NCBI GenBank assembly: GCA_963828165.1
Contig: CAWHDR010000001.1
Location: 864,001-928,000 of the forward strand
Source of the DNA: an uncultured Chloroflexia bacterium
GTDB taxonomy: Bacteria > Chloroflexota > Limnocylindria > Limnocylindrales > CSP1-4
Direction of reading: 5' to 3'
Length of the DNA stretch: 64,000 nucleotides
The position numbers and the translations under genes are program-made. The notes under the pieces are model-generated. The model made no database searches. It was not told the origin of the DNA and saw nothing but the letters and a program-made list of their open reading frames with translations. Numbering within the stretch: position 1 is the stretch's first letter; each line of letters starts with the position of its first letter. This document shows positions 28,415 through 38,772 of the stretch, one piece after another.

Positions 28415-28909
28415 TCAGGCCCTCGCGGCTCCCGCGGCACCCCAACGTCGGACTTCCGCATCCAGATCGAGCGGCAGCACGACGCCCTTGTCCGCGTACT
28501 CGCCCCACGCCTCGCGCGGGACGCGCCACATGATCTCGAACTCGATGCCGTCGGGGTCGGCGCCGTAGAGCGACTTGCTCACGCCGTGATCGGAGCTGCC
28601 ACCCAGTGCGCCCGCTTCGGACAGGACCTTCGCGGCGACCGCCAGGTCATCGATGGTCGGCACTTCCCAGGCGAGGTGATACAGGCCGGTCGATCCGCGC
28701 GGCGAGCGCGGCGCGTCCGGCCCGACCGAGAACAGCCCGAGGTCGTGGTGATTGTCACCATCGGGCGAGCGCATGAAGACGGCTCGGCCGCCGAACGCGC
28801 TCTCGACGACCTCGAACCCGAAGACGCGGCCGTAGAATTCGGCCGACGCCGTGGCGTCGCGGACGTACAGGACGGCGTGGTTCAGTCGCGCGACGGGGAT
28901 CGATGCCAT
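28415..28909 (-). CDS. VOC/glyoxalase family protein
   Basis: LNHAVLYV, HHDLGL, GLYHLAW, DPDGIEFE. Confidence 0.9.
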   Translation of the reverse strand: MASIPVARLNHAVLYVRDATASAEFYGRVFGFEVVESAFGGRAVFMRSPDGDNHHDLGLFSVGPDAPRSPRGSTGLYHLAWEVPTIDDLAVAAKVLSEAGALGGSSDHGVSKSLYGADPDGIEFEIMWRVPREAWGEYADKGVVLPLDLDAEVRRWGAAGAARA

Positions 28910-28912
28910 CGG

Positions 28913-29536
28913 TCAGCTCCGGCTGTCGGGGCCGAGGAGGACCCAGGCGTCCTGCCACGTGCCGCCCTGCATATTGCGGCTGATGTTCAGCCACGCCATG
29001 CCTTCGAGGGTACGCGCGACGGCAAGTGAACCGGCATCGACCGGACGGAAGCCGATCGACTCGACGAGGCTGAGGACCTTCTCCTTGGCTGCATCGTCGT
29101 CACCGGCCACATAGCCGTCTGCGGACACGCCGTCGACGTTCGGATCGGCCTGGCGCGTGGCGAACGCCGTGTTGAAGGCCTTGACCACGGACGCATCCGG
29201 CAGTCGAGCCTGCAGCTCCTCGGCGGCGGAGGTGCCGGTCCCGGAGGCATCAGGCGTGGGGCGGTTCGAGACGTCGACGACGACCTTGCCCGCGAGATCC
29301 TCGCCGAGCTCGGTCACGAGGTCGTCGAAGGACGTCCCTGGGACCGCGAAGATGACGACGTCGCTGCCGGCGATCGCATCCCTGTTCGAGCTGGCCGAGC
29401 CCGTTCCGGTGGCCTGCGCGACCTGGGTCGCGTGGCCCTTGGTCTTGGCACTGATGGTGACGTGATGGCCGGCGCGAGCGAGCGCTCCGGCCAGGGCCGA
29501 GCCGACGTTCCCGGCTCCGATGATCGCGATGTCCAT
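28913..29536 (-). CDS. NADPH-dependent F420 reductase-like oxidoreductase
   Basis: IIGAGNVG, VDVSN, SAAE, VVKAFN, GDD, DAG.L..AR.LE. Confidence 0.85.
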   Translation of the reverse strand: MDIAIIGAGNVGSALAGALARAGHHVTISAKTKGHATQVAQATGTGSASSNRDAIAGSDVVIFAVPGTSFDDLVTELGEDLAGKVVVDVSNRPTPDASGTGTSAAEELQARLPDASVVKAFNTAFATRQADPNVDGVSADGYVAGDDDAAKEKVLSLVESIGFRPVDAGSLAVARTLEGMAWLNISRNMQGGTWQDAWVLLGPDSRS

Positions 29537-29599
29537 GATCCTGGATCCTCCTGAGGTTGCCGACCCGTTTCGTCGGGTCGGCATTTCGTTGCTGATGCA

Positions 29600-29628
29600 A
29601 CCATACGCCGATGGTATACTCCTGTCAA
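29600..29628 (-). promoter_or_regulatory. sigma70 promoter with overlapping palindromic operator
   Basis: TTGACA-17 nt-TATGGT on minus strand; ACCAT-N6-ATGGT at 29600-29615; divergent XRE regulator. Confidence 0.65.
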
Positions 29629-29651
29629 TACCTGTTTGATGAGGGCAAAAG

Positions 29652-30215
29652 ATGATGAGACAGCCCGACGGAGCCATCCGTGCGCGCCCGGTCGTCGGTC
29701 GACAGATCCGCCGGTGGCGCACGGAACGTGGGCTGACGCTCGCGCGCGTGGCCGAGCGGAGCGGTCTGACGGTGGGCTATCTGTCGCAGATCGAGAATGA
29801 CAAGGCATCGCCGTCGCTGGCGGTCCTCGGGCAGATCGCCGAGGTGCTCGACGTCTCCCCCGCCTGGTTCCTGATGGACGACGTGCCGCCGCCGCGCGTC
29901 GTGCGCGCCGCGGAACGACCGGTGACCGCGACCGACGGCGGGCGCGTGGAGCATGTCGATGGGCGGACCTCGCGCGATGTTGCGATCCTCGAAGTCGTCG
30001 GTGCCCCAGGCACGCGTGTCGGGGCGCACGCGCATCCCGGCGACGAGCATCACATCGTGCTGCGTGGACGGATGCGGCTGACGCAGGGCGAACACAGCAT
30101 CGAGGTCGGTCCCGGCGACTACGTCCGGTGGGACGGGTCGATCCCGCACGACGGCGAGATCCTGGGCGACGAAGATGCCGCCATGCTGCTCGTCCGGATC
30201 AACCCACGCACCTGA
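29652..30215 (+). CDS. XRE-family HTH regulator with cupin domain
   Basis: GLTLARVAERSGLTVGYLSQIEN; HPGDE cupin motif. Confidence 0.9.
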   Translation: MMRQPDGAIRARPVVGRQIRRWRTERGLTLARVAERSGLTVGYLSQIENDKASPSLAVLGQIAEVLDVSPAWFLMDDVPPPRVVRAAERPVTATDGGRVEHVDGRTSRDVAILEVVGAPGTRVGAHAHPGDEHHIVLRGRMRLTQGEHSIEVGPGDYVRWDGSIPHDGEILGDEDAAMLLVRINPRT

Positions 30216-30240
30216 CAGCTTCGCGCGTACCATCGTGAGC

Positions 30241-31018
30241 GTGACCCGCCAAGCCGTCACGTACGCGTCCTACCTCAAGGTGCCGGAGCTCCTCGCCCTC
30301 CAGGTCGAGCGATCCGCCGGCGCGGACGGCCCAGAGCACGACGAGCTGTTGTTCATCGTCATCCACCAGGTCTACGAGCTGTGGTTCAAGCAGGTCCGCC
30401 ACGAGCTTCTGGCCGTCCAGCGGGCGCTGGAGTCGGGTGACACCGACACCGCCCTCCACCTGCTCAACCGGGTCCTCAAGATCCTCAAGACGCTCGTCGC
30501 CCAGGTCGACGTGCTCGAGACGATGACCCCGCTCCAGTTCCTGTCGTTCCGCGACCGGCTCGAATCCGCGTCGGGGTTCCAGTCCGGTGGATTCCGGCAA
30601 GTCGAGGCGCTGCTCGGCCTGCGCGACCCGGCGTCGGCCCGCGCCCAGCCGGAGGCATCCGAGGCGCGCCGGGCGATCGAGGAGGACCAGGCCGGGCCGT
30701 CGGTCTGGGACTCGTTCCTGGCCTACCTGGGCCAGCGTGGGCATGCGGTGCCCGCCGATGCCACGACGCCGGACGAGCGCGTCCAGGAGATCGTGGTTGC
30801 CGTGTATCGCGGTGACCCAGACGCCGCCCTGGTCGCGGAGCGGCTCGTCGACCTCGACGAGGGTGTCCAGGAGTGGCGCTACCGGCACGTGAAGATGGTC
30901 GAGCGGACGATCGGCACGAAGGCGGGCACGGGCGGGTCGAGCGGGGTGGAGTACCTGCGCATGGACGCTCTTCCGGCCGGCGTTCCCGGACCTGTGGGAG
31001 ATCCGCTCGAGGCTCTGA
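30241..31018 (+). CDS. kynA: tryptophan 2,3-dioxygenase (apparent +1 frameshift near 30964)
   Basis: YASYL, HDELLFIVIHQVYELWFK, SGFQS, WRYRH..VERTIG.K.GTGGSSG. The conserved tail FPDLWEIRS lies in the shifted frame, ending TGA 31018. Confidence 0.9.
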
Positions 31019-31029
31019 TCGGGCGCCCT

Positions 31030-32004
31030 CCGCCGAGTCACTCGTGGACGTCTCCGGGGAACCTTGGATCGCCAACATGAACGAGTCGTATCTGCCGACG
31101 GTGTCGGCGGGTGACAAGATCTTCGGCGCGCCAAGCGAGACGCCATGGGCGGTGGAATCCTGTACAACAAGAAGGTGTATGCCGACCTCAGTCTGTCAGT
31201 CCCGACGACGTGGGCCGAGTTCGCTGCCAACAACGAGAAGATCAAGGCGGCGGACATCGCACCGGTCGCCGCGACGTTCGGCGACACGTGGACGTCACAG
31301 TTGTTCGTCCTCGCTGACTACTTCAACGTGCAGTCGGCCGTGCCCGACTTCGCGGAGAAGTACACGGCCAACGAGGCCCACTACGCTGACACCCCCGCGC
31401 GTTGGCCAGCTTCAAGCGCCTCCAGGAGGCGTATGACAAGGACTGGTGGCAGGAGGACTTCGCCGCGACCAAGCTGGACGGCGGTCTCGAAGCCGTTGCA
31501 CCGGCACGGCGGCCCACTATCCGATGCTTACCTTCGTGCTCGGGACGATCGCCGAGAACTTCCCGATCAGGTCAACGACGTCGGGTTCTTCGCGCAGACC
31601 GGGCGACGGCGCCAAATGGCGCGACGATCTGGATGCCGGCCGCCACGTACATCGCCGCCACGACGGAGAACGCCGACGTGGCCAAGGACTTCCTCGGGTT
31701 CATCGCGTCGGTCGAAGGGACCGAGGCGCTGACGTCTGCCATCGCGCCGTCGGGTCCGTACGTGATCAACGGCTCGTCGCTGCCGGCCGACGTGCTGCCG
31801 GCAGTCAAGGACATCCAGACCTACCTGGAGGCGAACACCACAGCGCCCGCACTCGAGTTCCTCTCGCCGGTCAAGGGGCCGGCGCTCGAGCAGATCACGG
31901 TCGCGGTGGGCACGGGTCAGTACAGCGCCGAAGAAGCCGCCGCGTTGTATGACCAGGATGTTGAGAAGGCAGCACAGCAGCTCGGCCTGCCGGGCTGGGA
32001 GTAG
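31030..32004 (+). pseudogene. 5'-truncated, multiply frameshifted sugar ABC substrate-binding protein
   Basis: Pieces in different frames: GILYNKKVY..VPTTWAEF, FLSPVKGPALEQITV, QQLGLPGW; no start codon or signal peptide. Confidence 0.75.
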
Positions 32005-32013
32005 CGACCCGTC

Positions 32014-32548
32014 GTGGGCGCGCTCGAGTCCGGCAGCGTTGCACCTGCCGCTCGAGCGCGCCGGACGCCCCGGGATGAACGTGCGCGCCGAGCCTCCGTG
32101 CTCGGCGCGTATCCGTACTGGTTCTATCTACCCGCCGCCATCATCTTCGGGATCATCTTCGTAGTCCCGACGGTCCTGGCGTTCTACTACAGCCTGACTC
32201 GATGGACCCTGTTCGATGCCGAGTTCATCGGCCTCGACAACTTCGCCCTGTTCTTCCGTGAACCAGCTTTGACTAGCGGCCTGCGCAACACCATCGTCTA
32301 CGCCGTCGTGACGAGTGGGCTCAAGGTCGTCCTGGGGCTGCTCCTGGCCGCCCTCCTGACCTCGAGCATGCGACTCCGGAACCTGCTCCGGTCGATCATC
32401 TTCTTTCCCGTGCTGGTGAGCACCGTGGCTGTCGGCATCACCTTTGCAGTGCTGCTGCACCCGTCCGACGGCCTGATCAACATCGCGCTCGAGCAGGTCG
32501 GCATCGACGGGCCGCAGTGGCTTGGCGACCCGGACCTCGCGCTGCTAG
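32014..32548 (+). pseudogene. 3'-truncated carbohydrate ABC permease
   Basis: YWFYLPA, FIGLDNF, RSIIFFP, QWLGDP, then similarity ends before the EAA loop. Confidence 0.75.
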
Positions 32549-32682
32549 CGCACCCGAACCGCAACCCCCGGGCTGTCGCAACCTTCCGTGCGCTCGCGGT
32601 ATCCTGTCAGCCGACCCCAAGCGTCCCCCGCGGGCCTCCCCAGGCGTCCGCGGTCCGTCATCCCACGAATCAGGTGGTGCCC

Positions 32683-33852
32683 ATGAAGGTCGGTGTCGCC
32701 AAGGAGACCGCGCCCGGAGAGCGGCGCGTCGCCCTGGTACCCGAAGCGCTCGGCAAGCTACAGGCGGCCGGGCTCGAGGTCCTCGTCGAAACCGGCGCCG
32801 GCACCGGCGCCGCCATCCCCGACAGCGCATACACGGACGCAGGCGCGACCGTCGTCCCGACCGACGCCCTGTACCAGCAGGCAGACGTCGTTCTGCGGGT
32901 TGCCAAGCCATCGGCGGCGGAGGTCAAGCAGTTGCGCAAGGGCCAGGCGGTCGTGGGCTTCCTCGCTCCGCTCATCGACCCGGCCACCGCGAAGGCGCTC
33001 GCGGAGCAGGGCGTGACCGCCATCAGCCTGGACGCGATTCCCCGCACTCTGTCCCGGGCGCAGACCATGGACGCCCTCAGCTCCCAGGCGAACGTCGGCG
33101 GCTACAAGGCGGTCCTCATCGCAGCCAACGCGTACGGCCGCTACTTCCCGCTGCTGACGACCGCCGCCGGTACGGCCAAGCCGGCCAACGTGCTGATCTT
33201 GGGGATCGGCGTGGCCGGCCTCCAGGCCATCGGGACGGCCAGGAGACTCGGCGCCGTCGTCAAGGCCTACGACGTCCGGCCAGAAACACGGGAGCAGGCC
33301 GAGAGCCTGGGCGCCCAGTTCGTGAAGCTCAAGACGACCATCGACGCCACCGGCACCGGAGGCTACGCCCGCGAACTGAGCGCCGAGGAGCGCGGAGCCC
33401 AGCAGGCCGAGCTGAACGAGGTCATCGGCACGATGGACATCGTGATCACGACCGCCCAGGTGCCGGGCCGCAAGCCGCCGGTCCTCGTCACGGCCGACGC
33501 AGTGGCCCGGATGAAGCCGGGCTCGGTCATCGTGGATATGGCCGCATCCGAGCTCGGTGGCAACTGTGAGCTGTCGAAGGCCGGCGAGACCGTCGAGACA
33601 CCCAACGCAGTCTCCATCATCGCCCCCGACAACCTGCCCGCCTCGATGCCGGCGGGGGCGTCCGCGTTCTACGCACGGAACATCTCGGCGCTGCTGCTCG
33701 GGATGGTCAAGGACGGCAACCTGAGCCTGGACTTCGAGGATGAGGTGACCAAGGCGACCGTCATCACCCAGGACGGCGCGGTCGTGTCCGACGCCGTGAA
33801 GAAGCTGCTCGAGCCCGCCCCGGCCGCCGCAGCCAGCGGAGGCCAGGCATGA
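32683..33852 (+). CDS. pntA: NAD(P) transhydrogenase subunit alpha, domain I
   Basis: MKVGVAKE..ERRVALVP, RAQTMDALSSQ, GIGVAGLQA. Confidence 0.95.
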   Translation: MKVGVAKETAPGERRVALVPEALGKLQAAGLEVLVETGAGTGAAIPDSAYTDAGATVVPTDALYQQADVVLRVAKPSAAEVKQLRKGQAVVGFLAPLIDPATAKALAEQGVTAISLDAIPRTLSRAQTMDALSSQANVGGYKAVLIAANAYGRYFPLLTTAAGTAKPANVLILGIGVAGLQAIGTARRLGAVVKAYDVRPETREQAESLGAQFVKLKTTIDATGTGGYARELSAEERGAQQAELNEVIGTMDIVITTAQVPGRKPPVLVTADAVARMKPGSVIVDMAASELGGNCELSKAGETVETPNAVSIIAPDNLPASMPAGASAFYARNISALLLGMVKDGNLSLDFEDEVTKATVITQDGAVVSDAVKKLLEPAPAAAASGGQA

Positions 33853-34181
33853 CCCCCGAAGAGATCGATGGCCTGATCCAGGCCCTCACCGTCTTCACGC
33901 TCGCGATCCTCGTCGGGATCGCGGTGATCAGCAAGGTCCCAGCGACCCTGCACACGCCGTTGATGTCGGGTGCCAACTCCATCCACGGGATCGTCCTGGT
34001 CGGGGCGATGCTCATCGCGCTCGAGGCAACCGAGCCGGTCAGCCAGCTGCTGTCGCTGGTGGCCGTGGCCTTCGCGACGATGAACGTCGTGGGCGGCTAT
34101 GTCGTGACCGATCGGATGCTCCAGATGTTCCGCAAGAGGCCGACCGCGCCCGTGGCGCCGGCGCCCGAGTCCGAGGCCTAG
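33849..34181 (+). CDS. NAD(P) transhydrogenase subunit alpha part 2 (membrane)
   Basis: LHTPLMSGANSIHG, NVVGGYVVTDRML. Confidence 0.95.
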   Translation: MTPEEIDGLIQALTVFTLAILVGIAVISKVPATLHTPLMSGANSIHGIVLVGAMLIALEATEPVSQLLSLVAVAFATMNVVGGYVVTDRMLQMFRKRPTAPVAPAPESEA

Positions 34182-34184
34182 CCC

Positions 34185-35615
34185 GTGACCACGCTCGAGA
34201 TCGTCGAGATCCTGGTCCGGATCGCGTGGCTCCTGGGAGCCGTGGCGTTCGTCATCGGCCTGTCGCGGATGAACTCGCCGGCGACGGCTCGCAACGGCAA
34301 TCTCGTGTCGGCTGCGGGGATGACGCTGGCCATCGTGGCGACGGCCGTCCTCATCCTCACGCGGCAGCTGTCCGAGGAGGGCGTCTCCGCCGTCGTCTGG
34401 GTGATCATCGTGCTCGGCATCGTGCTCGGTGGCGGTCTCGGGCTGTATACGGCCCGGACCGTGAAGATGACCGCGATGCCCCAGCTGGTGTCATTGTTCA
34501 ACGCGGTCGGCGGCGGGGCGGCGGCGCTCATCGCGATCGACGACTACCTGCGCCTCGTCGGCGGCGAAGCCGTGCGCATCGACCTCCACATCTTCATCGT
34601 CCTCGACATCATCATCGGCTCGATCACGTTCACCGGCTCGATCATCGCGTCGGGCAAGCTCCAGGGCCTGATCCCGGGCAAGCCGATCATCGTGCCGGGC
34701 GGCCAGCTCGTGACCCTCGCGCTCGCCGGGATCACGCTGATCGCCTCAATGTTCCTGTTCATCACCGGCACGCCGAATCTCGCGCTGATGCTGGTCATCC
34801 TGGCCGCGGCCCTGGTCTTCGGCGTGACGATGACGCTCCCGATCGGCGGCGCGGACATGCCCGTCGTCATCTCGTTGCTGAACTCGTTCACCGGCACGGC
34901 CGTCGCGATGGCGGGCTTCGTGATCAACAACCCGGTCCTGATCATCGCGGGTGCCCTCGTCGGGGCGTCCGGCGCGATCCTGACCAAGCTCATGGCGGAC
35001 GCGATGAATCGGTCGGTCATGAACATCATGATCGGCGGGTTCGGTGGCGGCGACGATGCGACCGGTGCCGCCGATGGGCCCGGCGGGTCCGTGCGATCGA
35101 TCGGGGCGGACGACGTCGCGATCCAGCTGGCCTACGCCCAGCACGTCATCGTGGTCCCGGGCTACGGGCTTGCGGTCGCCCAGGCACAGCACGCGGTGCG
35201 CGAGCTCGCCGAGCTCCTCGAGGAGCGGGGTGTCGACGTCAAGTACGCCATCCATCCCGTGGCGGGCCGGATGCCGGGACACATGAACGTGCTCCTCGCC
35301 GAGGCCAACGTCCCCTATCCGCAGCTCAAGGAGATGGAGGACATCAACCCGGAGTTCGCGCGGGCCGACGTGGCGCTCGTCATCGGGGCCAATGACGTCA
35401 CGAACCCGGCAGCTCGACGGCCCGGCTCGCCCGTGTCCGGCATGCCCATCCTCGACGTCGACCAGGCGAAGTCGATCGTGGTGATCAAGCGCTCGATGGG
35501 CAAGGGCTACGCCGGCATCGACAACGAGCTGTACACGAACGAGAAGACCGGCATGCTGTTTGCCGACGCAAAGGACGGCCTGGCGGCGCTGACCGCGGCG
35601 GTCAAGGCGCTCTAG
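34185..35615 (+). CDS. pntB: NAD(P) transhydrogenase subunit beta
   Basis: MTAMPQLV, IGGADMPVVISLLNS, HPVAGRMPGHMNVLLAEA. Confidence 0.96.
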   Translation: MTTLEIVEILVRIAWLLGAVAFVIGLSRMNSPATARNGNLVSAAGMTLAIVATAVLILTRQLSEEGVSAVVWVIIVLGIVLGGGLGLYTARTVKMTAMPQLVSLFNAVGGGAAALIAIDDYLRLVGGEAVRIDLHIFIVLDIIIGSITFTGSIIASGKLQGLIPGKPIIVPGGQLVTLALAGITLIASMFLFITGTPNLALMLVILAAALVFGVTMTLPIGGADMPVVISLLNSFTGTAVAMAGFVINNPVLIIAGALVGASGAILTKLMADAMNRSVMNIMIGGFGGGDDATGAADGPGGSVRSIGADDVAIQLAYAQHVIVVPGYGLAVAQAQHAVRELAELLEERGVDVKYAIHPVAGRMPGHMNVLLAEANVPYPQLKEMEDINPEFARADVALVIGANDVTNPAARRPGSPVSGMPILDVDQAKSIVVIKRSMGKGYAGIDNELYTNEKTGMLFADAKDGLAALTAAVKAL

Positions 35616-35621
35616 CGGGCG

Positions 35622-36746
35622 TCAGCTCGCGGCCGCGCTCGCTTCTGCCCGAGCGACCGAGCGGGCGTCACCCATCTGGAGCGGAGCCAGCGTTCCCAGC
35701 GACTCGGCGACCACGACGGCGTCGTCGCCAGGCTCCAGGACGAAGTCGGCGCCCGGGTTCACGAACGTATGTCCGCCGCGGTTGACGGACAGCAGCGTCG
35801 CCCGGTGCTCCGTCCGGAGGCGACCGGCGACGGCGTCGATCGACAGCCCGAGGTAGTCGTCCGGCAGCGTGATCCGGTATAGCTCCGAGCCCTCGCCGCC
35901 GGACACGATGTCCGTGACGATCCCGGTCAGCCCCGGATACAACGCCGAGCGCGCCAGCAGGCGCGCTGCGACCTTGGACGTCACCAGCAGCTCGTCGATG
36001 CCGGCCCGCCGAAAGTGCGCCTCGTGACGGGGGTTGTTGACCTCGGCCACCGTTCGAACGCCAGGTGCGACGTGCTCGATGGCCATGATCGTGAGGATCG
36101 ATCGCATGTCCGCGCCATCGGTGCCGTCGTCCGGGAAGACGAGGGCGGCCGAGGCATCGCGCAGGTCGGCCCGGTCGAGATCCGCTTCGTCTGTCGCATC
36201 GCCGCGCACGAAATAGACGCCGTCACCGGCCGGGTTCTTCTCGACGTCGGCGATGACCACGACCTTGAGCTGGAAGTCGTCGCCACGAAGCTCCGCGATC
36301 AGATCCCGTGCCGTGGAGTTCCAGCCGCACACGACGATGTGGCCCTTGTACCCCGATGCACCCAAGCCCTGGCCCTCCTTCAGCAGGAAATCGATGACCA
36401 TCGCGACGAGGGCGCCCGTGATCATGCCGAGCATGGCGACCCCGAACAGGATCAGCAACCACCCGACGATGCGGCCGGCAGTCGACGTCACGAACGCCGA
36501 GTCTCCCTGACCGAGGACCGTCGCGATCCCCCAGTTGAACGAGTCGAAGACCGACTCGAACGTCCATGGTTTCTCGAACAGGGTGATCAGGAGCGCAGCA
36601 ATGAGCACCACCCCGACGATGCCCTGGGCGAGCGTCAGGAAGAAGCGCCGGTCCACCTGGCCACCGACCCGCCGCACGTGCCACGCCACGCGCCGGATGA
36701 TCGGCGAGACGAGGAGTGGCAGGGCCAGGTGGGGACGACGAAGCAT
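35622..36746 (-). CDS. two-TM ion channel with TrkA/RCK domain
   Basis: TM-pore-TM (FNWGIATVLGQGD..GRIVG); HIVVCGWN RCK domain. Confidence 0.85.
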   Translation of the reverse strand: MLRRPHLALPLLVSPIIRRVAWHVRRVGGQVDRRFFLTLAQGIVGVVLIAALLITLFEKPWTFESVFDSFNWGIATVLGQGDSAFVTSTAGRIVGWLLILFGVAMLGMITGALVAMVIDFLLKEGQGLGASGYKGHIVVCGWNSTARDLIAELRGDDFQLKVVVIADVEKNPAGDGVYFVRGDATDEADLDRADLRDASAALVFPDDGTDGADMRSILTIMAIEHVAPGVRTVAEVNNPRHEAHFRRAGIDELLVTSKVAARLLARSALYPGLTGIVTDIVSGGEGSELYRITLPDDYLGLSIDAVAGRLRTEHRATLLSVNRGGHTFVNPGADFVLEPGDDAVVVAESLGTLAPLQMGDARSVARAEASAAAS

Positions 36747-36796
36747 CGCGGGCGATGATGCCAGAGCCTCGTCGTGATTTTCGCCCTTCCCGACGA

Positions 36797-37480
36797 CTAC
36801 TCCGGTCGGTGATCGACGTCGTCGAGGGTGATCCAGTCGAGCGCGCCCAGCTCTGTGCTGAGTCCGGCTCCGTCGATCCCGACCGGCAGGCGAAGGGCGA
36901 GGTCGATCGCGTGACGGCCCTCGTCGTCCCGCTCGCTGTCGAGGCGCACCACCTCGACCTCGCGCTCGGCCAGCCAGTCGAGCAGGTCGGCCAACCGGCT
37001 TCCCTCGCGCAGCAGGACCCGGACGTGCAGGCGGCTCGGCGTGGCGACGACGAGGCGCTCGCTCAGCATGCGCAGGGGCCACAGCGAGACGACCACGATG
37101 ACGGTCGCCGAGACCCCGAGCACGGGCAACCCTGCGCCTGCGGCCATGCCGATCCCCGCTGCGGCCCAGAGGCTGGCCGCAGTCGTCAGGCCGCGCACCG
37201 TCGGGCCATATTTGAGAATGGCGCCCGCGCCCAGGAAGCCGATGCCGGTCACGATCTGGGCCGCCACGCGTGACGGGTCGGTCGCGCTGCCGTCCGCGGA
37301 CGGGAACCCCACGATCGACAGCACGGTGAACAGCGCGGACCCGAGCGCGACCAGGAGATGCGTCCGGATCCCCGCGGGATGATCGTGGATCTCGCGCTCG
37401 ATCCCGATGACCGCGCCAAGGATCGCCGCGATCAGCAGCCGCCCGACGAGATCCAGTTCGGTGGCGAGATCGAACACCAT
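36797..37480 (-). CDS. MgtC/SapB family protein
   Basis: IGIERE, AGIRTH, DPSRVAAQIVTGIGFLGAG, GLTTAASLW. Confidence 0.92.
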   Translation of the reverse strand: MVFDLATELDLVGRLLIAAILGAVIGIEREIHDHPAGIRTHLLVALGSALFTVLSIVGFPSADGSATDPSRVAAQIVTGIGFLGAGAILKYGPTVRGLTTAASLWAAAGIGMAAGAGLPVLGVSATVIVVVSLWPLRMLSERLVVATPSRLHVRVLLREGSRLADLLDWLAEREVEVVRLDSERDDEGRHAIDLALRLPVGIDGAGLSTELGALDWITLDDVDHRPE

Positions 37481-37488
37481 GGGATCGT

Positions 37489-38001
37489 CTATGACCCGGG
37501 GTCCGGCGTGGAGACCTCGACGACGTCGGCGGAGAGATGCTGGACGAGATCGGCCGGCGTCAGGTGCAGGTTGACCCCGAAACCCCCGCCGCCCACGGAT
37601 ACCCGCTCGAACTCCAGGGCCGACGCGTCGAGGATCACCGGCCAAGCCCGGCTCGAGCCGAACGGCGTGATCGTGTAGCGCTCGTAGCCCGTGGCAGCGC
37701 GCGCCTCCTCGGCGTCCGGGAGGGTCAGCCGACGCACCCCCAGGTGCGCTCTCAGCCTGGGCCAGTCGAAACGACGGCCGGCCGGCACCAGGACGAAGAG
37801 GTAGTCGTCGTCGCCACGACGGACGACGATCGTCCGGAGCAGGGCACCCAGCGGGATACCCTGGAGCGTCGCGGCCTCCTCGGCGCTCCCCGCGCGCTGG
37901 GTACGAACGATCTCGTGGGGCAGGCCGGCCGCGTGGACCGCGGCGATGGCCGGAGTGGCCGGAGTGGCAGGAGTGGCCGGCGTCACCGGTTCGTCCGCCA
38001 T
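37489..38001 (-). CDS. YbaK/EbsC family deacylase-like protein
   Basis: SAEEAA, LLRTIVV, TGYERYTITPFG, VGGG. Confidence 0.85.
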   Translation of the reverse strand: MADEPVTPATPATPATPAIAAVHAAGLPHEIVRTQRAGSAEEAATLQGIPLGALLRTIVVRRGDDDYLFVLVPAGRRFDWPRLRAHLGVRRLTLPDAEEARAATGYERYTITPFGSSRAWPVILDASALEFERVSVGGGGFGVNLHLTPADLVQHLSADVVEVSTPDPGS

Positions 38002-38759
38002 CAGGCGTCGGCGATCGGGTCGACGAGCTCGATCCGGATGCGCTTGTTGATCCGCCCCTTCGACTCGTAGCCGGTGACCCGGATCCCGCCGACCTCGCTC
38101 GTGTTCGCCACGTGGGTGCCGCCGTCGGCCTGCAGGTCGAGCCCGACGATCTCGATGGTACGGATCTCCTGGATGCCCTCGGGCAGCAGGTTGATCTTCG
38201 TGCGGATGAGGTCCGGGATGGCGAACGCCTCGTCCCGAGGCAGAAGATCCACGCGCACCTCGCGGGAGGCGGCAAGCTCGGCGTTAACGGCCGCCTCGAT
38301 CGAATCGACGAGATCGCCGCTCATGGTCTCGAATTCGAAGTCCATGCGTCCGGAGCCTGGCTCCATGTTGCCGCCCGTTACCAGTGCGCCGTGGTCGCGC
38401 CAGACGACCCCGCACAGGGCGTGGAGCGCGGTGTGGGTCCGCATCAGGGCGAAGCGGCGAGCCCAGTCGATGTCGACACGGAGCTCGTCGCCGACCGCGG
38501 GTGGCTCGACCTCGCCCGGCTCGATCTCGTGGACGATCTCGCCACCGGCCTTCCGCGCGCTGCGGACCGTCCACGAGCGCTTGTCGGCGGCGCGGACCAC
38601 GACGCCCCGATCGGACGGCTGGCCGCCACCGCCCGGGTAGAAGACGGTGCGATCGAGGACCAGGAGCGGGGCCTCGCCCGGCTCGACGTGGCGGACCCGC
38701 GCCACGGCCGATCGAGCATAGGCGTCGGTGTAGCAGAGCTGTTCACCGCTCTGGGTCAT
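38001..38759 (-). CDS. alaX: freestanding alanyl-tRNA editing protein (AlaX-M type)
   Basis: TVFYPGGGGQPSD, MRTHTALH, DLQADGGTHV. Confidence 0.9.
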   Translation of the reverse strand: MTQSGEQLCYTDAYARSAVARVRHVEPGEAPLLVLDRTVFYPGGGGQPSDRGVVVRAADKRSWTVRSARKAGGEIVHEIEPGEVEPPAVGDELRVDIDWARRFALMRTHTALHALCGVVWRDHGALVTGGNMEPGSGRMDFEFETMSGDLVDSIEAAVNAELAASREVRVDLLPRDEAFAIPDLIRTKINLLPEGIQEIRTIEIVGLDLQADGGTHVANTSEVGGIRVTGYESKGRINKRIRIELVDPIADA

Positions 38760-38772
38760 GATCGCGGGGCGA

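Noticed and set aside
32014-33852. Sugar permease-PntA fusion (612-aa ORF)
   Set aside because: The permease is truncated, the linker is not protein-like, and pntA has its own TATCCT box and start at 32683
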